DNA from: Macrostomum lignano
Taxonomy: Eukaryota
NCBI GenBank assembly: GCA_002269645.1
Contig: NIVC01001896.1
Span: 80,239 to 144,238, forward strand
DNA: 64,000 nt
Direction of reading: 5' to 3'
A program made the position numbers and the translations under genes. Of this stretch, positions 22,849 through 64,000 are shown piece by piece; position 1 is the stretch's first letter; the number at the start of each line of letters is the position of its first letter. The notes under the pieces were generated by a model. It had not been told where the DNA came from and did not search any database. It saw only the letters and a list, made by a program, of their open reading frames with translations.

Positions 22849-25290
22849 TGATAAGAGTATGTCAGTAAGGCTTTCATCGCTGATTGATAGAATCTTTCAA
22901 GACGTTGGTAGCTTGCAAGATCTAAATTTCACAAACTTGAAATTTCACATCGCTAAAAAATGTGGCTAATCACTTCCGCTGTAATATTAATGCGACGTGT
23001 CTCAACAAGAGACAAGTTCTAACAAGTTGCTTGGCTTTTTCAAACAAGACTTTTCGACGATGTGAAATTTATTCAAAAGCTAGGATACTCCTAAATTTTA
23101 AATCAATATTGTACTTAGACTCAGTTCTGAGTTCAATTTGCTCTTCACAGTTTCAATGTTGTATAAGTAATTTTTACGAATTAGTAAAGCGAATAGTAAA
23201 GTAAAGTAATTTACGAATTAGTACGAATTAGTAATTTTTACGTATTAGTAAGTTAAGATGATAAATGTACTAAATAACCTATTACGTTGTGTCCAGCTAC
23301 ATGTAATATTTAGTTAGTTAAAGAACCAATTTACGAGGTATATTATTTTTATTAGAATTGTTCACTGTCATTTATGCTTGCTTCTTTAAAAGTTTACATA
23401 AATCACATTGTTTAATTAACTTTCAAATAAGTTAATTTGTTTTAGCGATACTCGCTCTATGTGAGCTGGGACGTTATTGCCCGAGAATTCAAGCTTTGTA
23501 CTTGAATATTAATTAAAATATTCAATCAACTTAACAAGTTAAACCAAAAACACTTTAAGTTAAAAGATGGAAAGTTACGTACAATTTGTTTCTTAGAATT
23601 TCCTAAACGCTAAGAACTCATGACGAATCGATAAAGTTATATAAAATGACACGATTTTTCAAACATAAATTAAGGCTTAAAAAATTTGGATCGATAAAGA
23701 CGGCTGTACGAGCTATTTCATCAAAAGATGTGAGCATTTGACAGGCCTAATTCCGATTAAAGATTAATCTCTAAGAAACAAGATTTCCCGTCGCGTCCTT
23801 AATTTTGCTTCTATTATTAAATTATATTGCCCAAGTGTTTCTGCTCATGCATGTTTTATGCGGTAATTATTGCTTGAAACTTTAGTAGTTGTATATATTA
23901 GACACATGTATGAAAATCGATAATTTAATTATAATTTAATGTGTCATGCAAAAAATAAACGTCCTAGTTTGCTTAGAAATTAAACACACATCTTAGAGCT
24001 ACCTGGTAGTTTCATTGTTCGATCTGTTCTAGTCGTACAGAATTAGCTAGTCCTTCCTATTAAGTTTTCTTTAATTTTTTTGTAAAAACGTATCGACCAT
24101 TTAGCTATTGGAATTAAAATGGGGTGAATGAATGAACGCACACATACTGTAATAATTTCGATAAACTGCTATACATGTAGAAGTCTAACCTTTTTATTGT
24201 TAACTTTCTGAATGGGTCAGAAATTCAGTTTAAATGTTTGATGCAGTCAGAAGCTCCATGCAGCCAGCTGGTCGCATTTCAGATAAATAAAAACACTCTG
24301 AGAGTCTGAGATCAGATTAGCTACATTTTATTTAGTCAACATTTTTGCTTTACCTTGCAGGCAAGAACACTTTAGGTGGCTTTTTTCAGAGGGGGGCACC
24401 TGGAAAATACTAGATTTATTTTAGCGCTTATTTAGTCGGCATTTTTGTTTGAATTACATTGAAATTGTGACTCCATAATACAGTTGGATGGTTGCCATTT
24501 ACAATTTAATTACAAAAAATACAGTATTTTATGCAGCAGCGGATCAAAGTGAGAATGCGCATATCACATGCCGACTTGGACACAAAAAATGGCACTGTGA
24601 ATATATGGTTCAAGTCAAACAAAATGTATATAATTTTATCTTAGCAGTTACTTTTACTAGACTATAGAGGCTGAACATGTGGATATCCGAGTAAAAAAAT
24701 AAAATTGAGTGTACTCACTTTGCCATGTCGCTAATTGATTGCTGGTCACGAAGTGTCAATTTCCACGAACGCCAATCTTTTTAATTCTAATATTGCACAA
24801 ATGAACAAAGGAAACAAGCAAGACGGTGCTTCACTGTCTTCTTAGAGATCTATGAAAATAGGCAGCTATGACATCAAATAAATTTAGTGCATCTGAAATA
24901 TATGCATGTTTTAGGAATGTTTTTGCTGCTTCAGCAACATGCTCAAAGGTCTGACACGCGGACACTGCTAATCTTAGTCTCGTCTCACTAAATCGGGATA
25001 TTTTGAAACGCCACCAGAGAGGAATTTTGAGCGCTCAGCTTCAGTTCCAGCTCCAAGCATAAAAATCGCGTGATATCATTGACAACTGCAGTACAATAAC
25101 GCTACGCTCGGTTATCATAGAAATGCCTTCGTCAGCCACAAGCCGTCCTCTCCCACCACTCTCAGTGTGCACAAACTTTTATTGCGACATTTTCGGGCTA
25201 TGTGAAAGATTTTACGATTCAACTCTTTATTCGTCTACTTTTCTTAGTAGTCTAAATTGAGTTTCTTACACATACTAAATATACCAGCGA

Positions 25291-25556
25291 TAATTATTGT
25301 AATAACACTTGATTGCGCCTGCCCTAGTGGGCAGATGTGCAACCGACAGCTCAGCCGCAGCAACAGTAGGACTGGAGGGTCACCAAACACTCACTCAACT
25401 GCCCCATCTACGAGTAATACTGGCACCCTTTACAGCAATGCAGAGTTAAGTGTCTTGCTCAAGGACACAAATTGTTCGAGTGGGATCGGGAATCGAACCC
25501 CCGATCTTTCAGTCGTGAGGCCGACGCTCTAACCACTGGGCTACAACCTACAACCC
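25291..25556 (-). mobile_element. tRNA-derived SINE copy 5
   Basis: Plus strand shows GAGTTAAGTGTCTTGCTCAAGGACAC...GGGAATCGAACCCC...CTCTAACCACTGGGCTACAACC. Confidence 0.82.
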
Positions 25557-26058
25557 CTCTAGCGATACGAAAATTCTTACATTCCTCAACGGCCTCCAGG
25601 TAATTTTTTAGAAAATCGAGTGTAGCATCCTCCTACTGCAGCTGGACTGGCTTTGCCAGAATGAAAATACATAATGTTCGATATTCTAAGCAGATTAGGT
25701 GGAAATTCGCATGCTGCCGATCCACGGACAATACTGTCAAGTAGTAAAGAAAATGCATGAGCAAAGCACGGAGCGAAAAGTGTTTACGCAGCTTACTAAC
25801 AAACACTTCACTGGTTGCTTGATAATGCGAATGTTTTTCTTTTTTAGAAACGTTTTGCACCCCCTAAACAGAAATTTTTCAGTCCTCAAAACTATCTCAC
25901 GCTTGTACTGAGAACCACTGGGGCTAAAAATATCACCTTTATTGAAAATTGTACTAAACAAAATCTGTCAGGGAATCGATGTACTTTTTAAGTGTTAACA
26001 TACTTTAACTGTGCACCAGTGACCCTCGTATCCAGTTGTCATTTACATCTGTCCCACC

Positions 26059-62116
<36,058 letters not shown>

Positions 62117-62559
62117 GCCTGGACAAATGAGCAGTGTTAACTATCTCAACTGTCAACTACTCACGGTATTAATGGTAGTGCTCAATTACAACTGAGATTA
62201 ACGGCCTGCATTGGGTCAGAGCCTAATAACACGATAAAAATAAAGCCAGTTATATGTCTGTCTATCAGCATTATACGTATAGAGCTCACACCGCATGAAG
62301 TCTTTTTTGAGCACAGGCTGTAGCTAGCTAAAAAATGGCTTGAAGGAGGGGGGGCGCTGCTGGGACGAGCAGGAAAAGGGAGGGGAGAGGGGAGAAATCT
62401 ACGGGATGGGGTGGGACAGCGTTTTCTAGGAAAACCAATCCTCAGCGTGACGGACTCAAATGCTAGCCGAGGATACACTGCGGCAGAAGAGAGAAGGAGC
62501 TGAGAGACTTAGGGCATTCTCTCCCTCTCTCTCCCTCTCTTCCTCTCTCCTTTCTTCCT

Positions 62560-63030
62560 CAGGCCTGTGACCCCTGGGCCATCGGGCCCCGCTTCATTCC
62601 TTGGGTTCGTCAGTCTCGCCTTCTATCCGTCTCGCGCCACACACAGACAGACAGACAAGCACACACATACACACCCGAGACTCGACTCTGCTGCTTCTTC
62701 TGCGACCGCAAGCAAGCAGCTTTCTCCTTTCCTCTGCCGGGGGCTGACGGGGGGTTGGGAGAAGAGATGGGATGGGAGTGAGACGGGTGTGGCCTCAGAC
62801 TGCGGTTGAGGCTGCGAGCTCATTGCCACGGAGGGAGTCTACGGGGAAGGGGGACTTAAGGAGGGTCCCGACCGGGGGCGGGGCGGGGCGGTTCAGTAAA
62901 AGACGGGCGGGAAGAGCCCGCTGCGAGGATCTGGGAGCGGAAAGTAGCGAGGATAGGGAGGGGATGCAGAGGCCTGCGCAGGGGAAAGGGCACTGCGGCT
63001 TGGGTTAACCGCTCAGGACACTTCCTGCCG
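62560..63030. promoter_or_regulatory. GC-rich region upstream of the first PLC exon; possible promoter or 5' UTR
   Basis: High GC with GGGGCGGGGCGG boxes near 62875-62890, about 0.5-0.9 kb upstream of ATG 62116. Position and composition only. Confidence 0.25.
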
Positions 63031-63039
63031 CGTCTCCTT

Positions 63040-63922
63040 ATCTATTCCTCTCTCTCTGTCTCTCTCTCTCTCTCTCTCTGCCTCTCTCCACGCCTCTCTC
63101 CCAGCCTCTCTCCGTGCCTCTCTCCCTGCCTCTCTCCCTGCCTCTCTCCCTGCCTCTCTCCCTGCCTCTCTCCCTGCCTCTCTCCCTGCCTCTCTCCCAG
63201 CCTCTCTCCCTGCCTCTCTCCCTGCCTCTCTCCCTACCTCTCTCCCTGCCTCTCTCCCTGCCTCTCTCCCTGCCTCTCTCCCTGCTTCTCTCCCTGCCTC
63301 TCTCCCTGCCTCTCTCCCTGCCTCTCTCCCTGCCTCTCTCCCTGCCTCTCTCCCAGCCTCTCTCCCTGCCTCTCTCCCTGCCTCTCTCCCTGCCTCTCTC
63401 CCTGCCTCTCTCCCTGCCTCTCTCCCTGCCTCTCTCCCTACCTCTCTCCCTGCCTCTCTCCCTGCTTCTCTCCCTGCCTCTCTCCCTGCCTCTCTCCCTG
63501 CCTCTCTCCCTGCCTCTCTCCCTGTCTCTCTCCCTGCCTCTCTCCCTGCCTCTCTCCCTGCCTCTCTCCCTGCCTCTCTCCCTGCCTCTCTCCCTGCCTC
63601 TCTCCCTGCCTCTCTCCCTGCCTCTCTCCCTGCCTCTCTCCCTGTCTCTCTCCCTGCCTCTCTCCCTGCTTCTCTCCCTGCCTCTCTCCCTGTCTCTCTC
63701 CCTGCCTCTCTCCCCGCCTCTCTCCCTGCCTCTCTCCCTGCCTCTCTCCCTGCCTCTCTCCCTGTCTCTCTCCCTGCCTCTCTCCCAGCCTCTCTCCCAG
63801 CCTCTCTCCCAGCCTCTCTCCCTGTCTCTCTCCCTGCCTCCCTCCCTGCCTCTCTCGCTGCCTCTCTCCCTGCCTCTCTCCCTGCCTCTCTCCCAGCCTC
63901 TCTCCCTGCCTCTCTCCCTGCT
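63040..63922. repeat. 12-bp minisatellite (CTGCCTCTCTCC)n
   Basis: Seen directly; explains the ERGR ORF. Confidence 0.97.
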
Positions 63923-64000
63923 TCTCTTCAATAGTGTCAACCTTGGCTCTGAGCAGATGAATTTTAAGCGCCTGCTCATATTTTTACGCACTTTCTTAAT

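Noticed and set aside
63038-63991. 317-aa ERGR ORF
   Set aside because: 12-bp minisatellite with no domain content.

Overview
Eukaryotic (metazoan) DNA with GC-rich exons, GT-AG introns, dense simple repeats and a TTAGGG tract. This style suggests a repeat-rich invertebrate such as a Macrostomum-like flatworm (inference only). I spliced three genes by hand, and reading phase is consistent at every junction: (1) a thioester-protein family gene of the Mcr/TEP6 type (minus, 3421-14556, 13 exons, about 1619 aa) with an LDLa module, a dead thioester site (GSAES) and a C-terminal hydrophobic anchor; (2) an SLC45-family sugar transporter (plus, 17410-22492, 5 exons, about 581 aa); (3) a very large phospholipase C epsilon (minus, 26059-62116, 24 exons, about 3470 aa) with an apparent FERM domain between REM and CDC25 RasGEF. 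The left edge holds the 5' part of a frameshifted APE-type non-LTR retrotransposon encoding a viral-type 2A peptide (DVEPNPGP), two PHD fingers and the endonuclease. Also present are six copies of a tRNA-derived SINE with a CORE/Meta-like centre, several MITEs and many intronic tandem arrays. One pair of arrays flanks a frame-symmetric PLC exon in inverted orientation. Most long low-complexity ORFs in the track are repeat artefacts.
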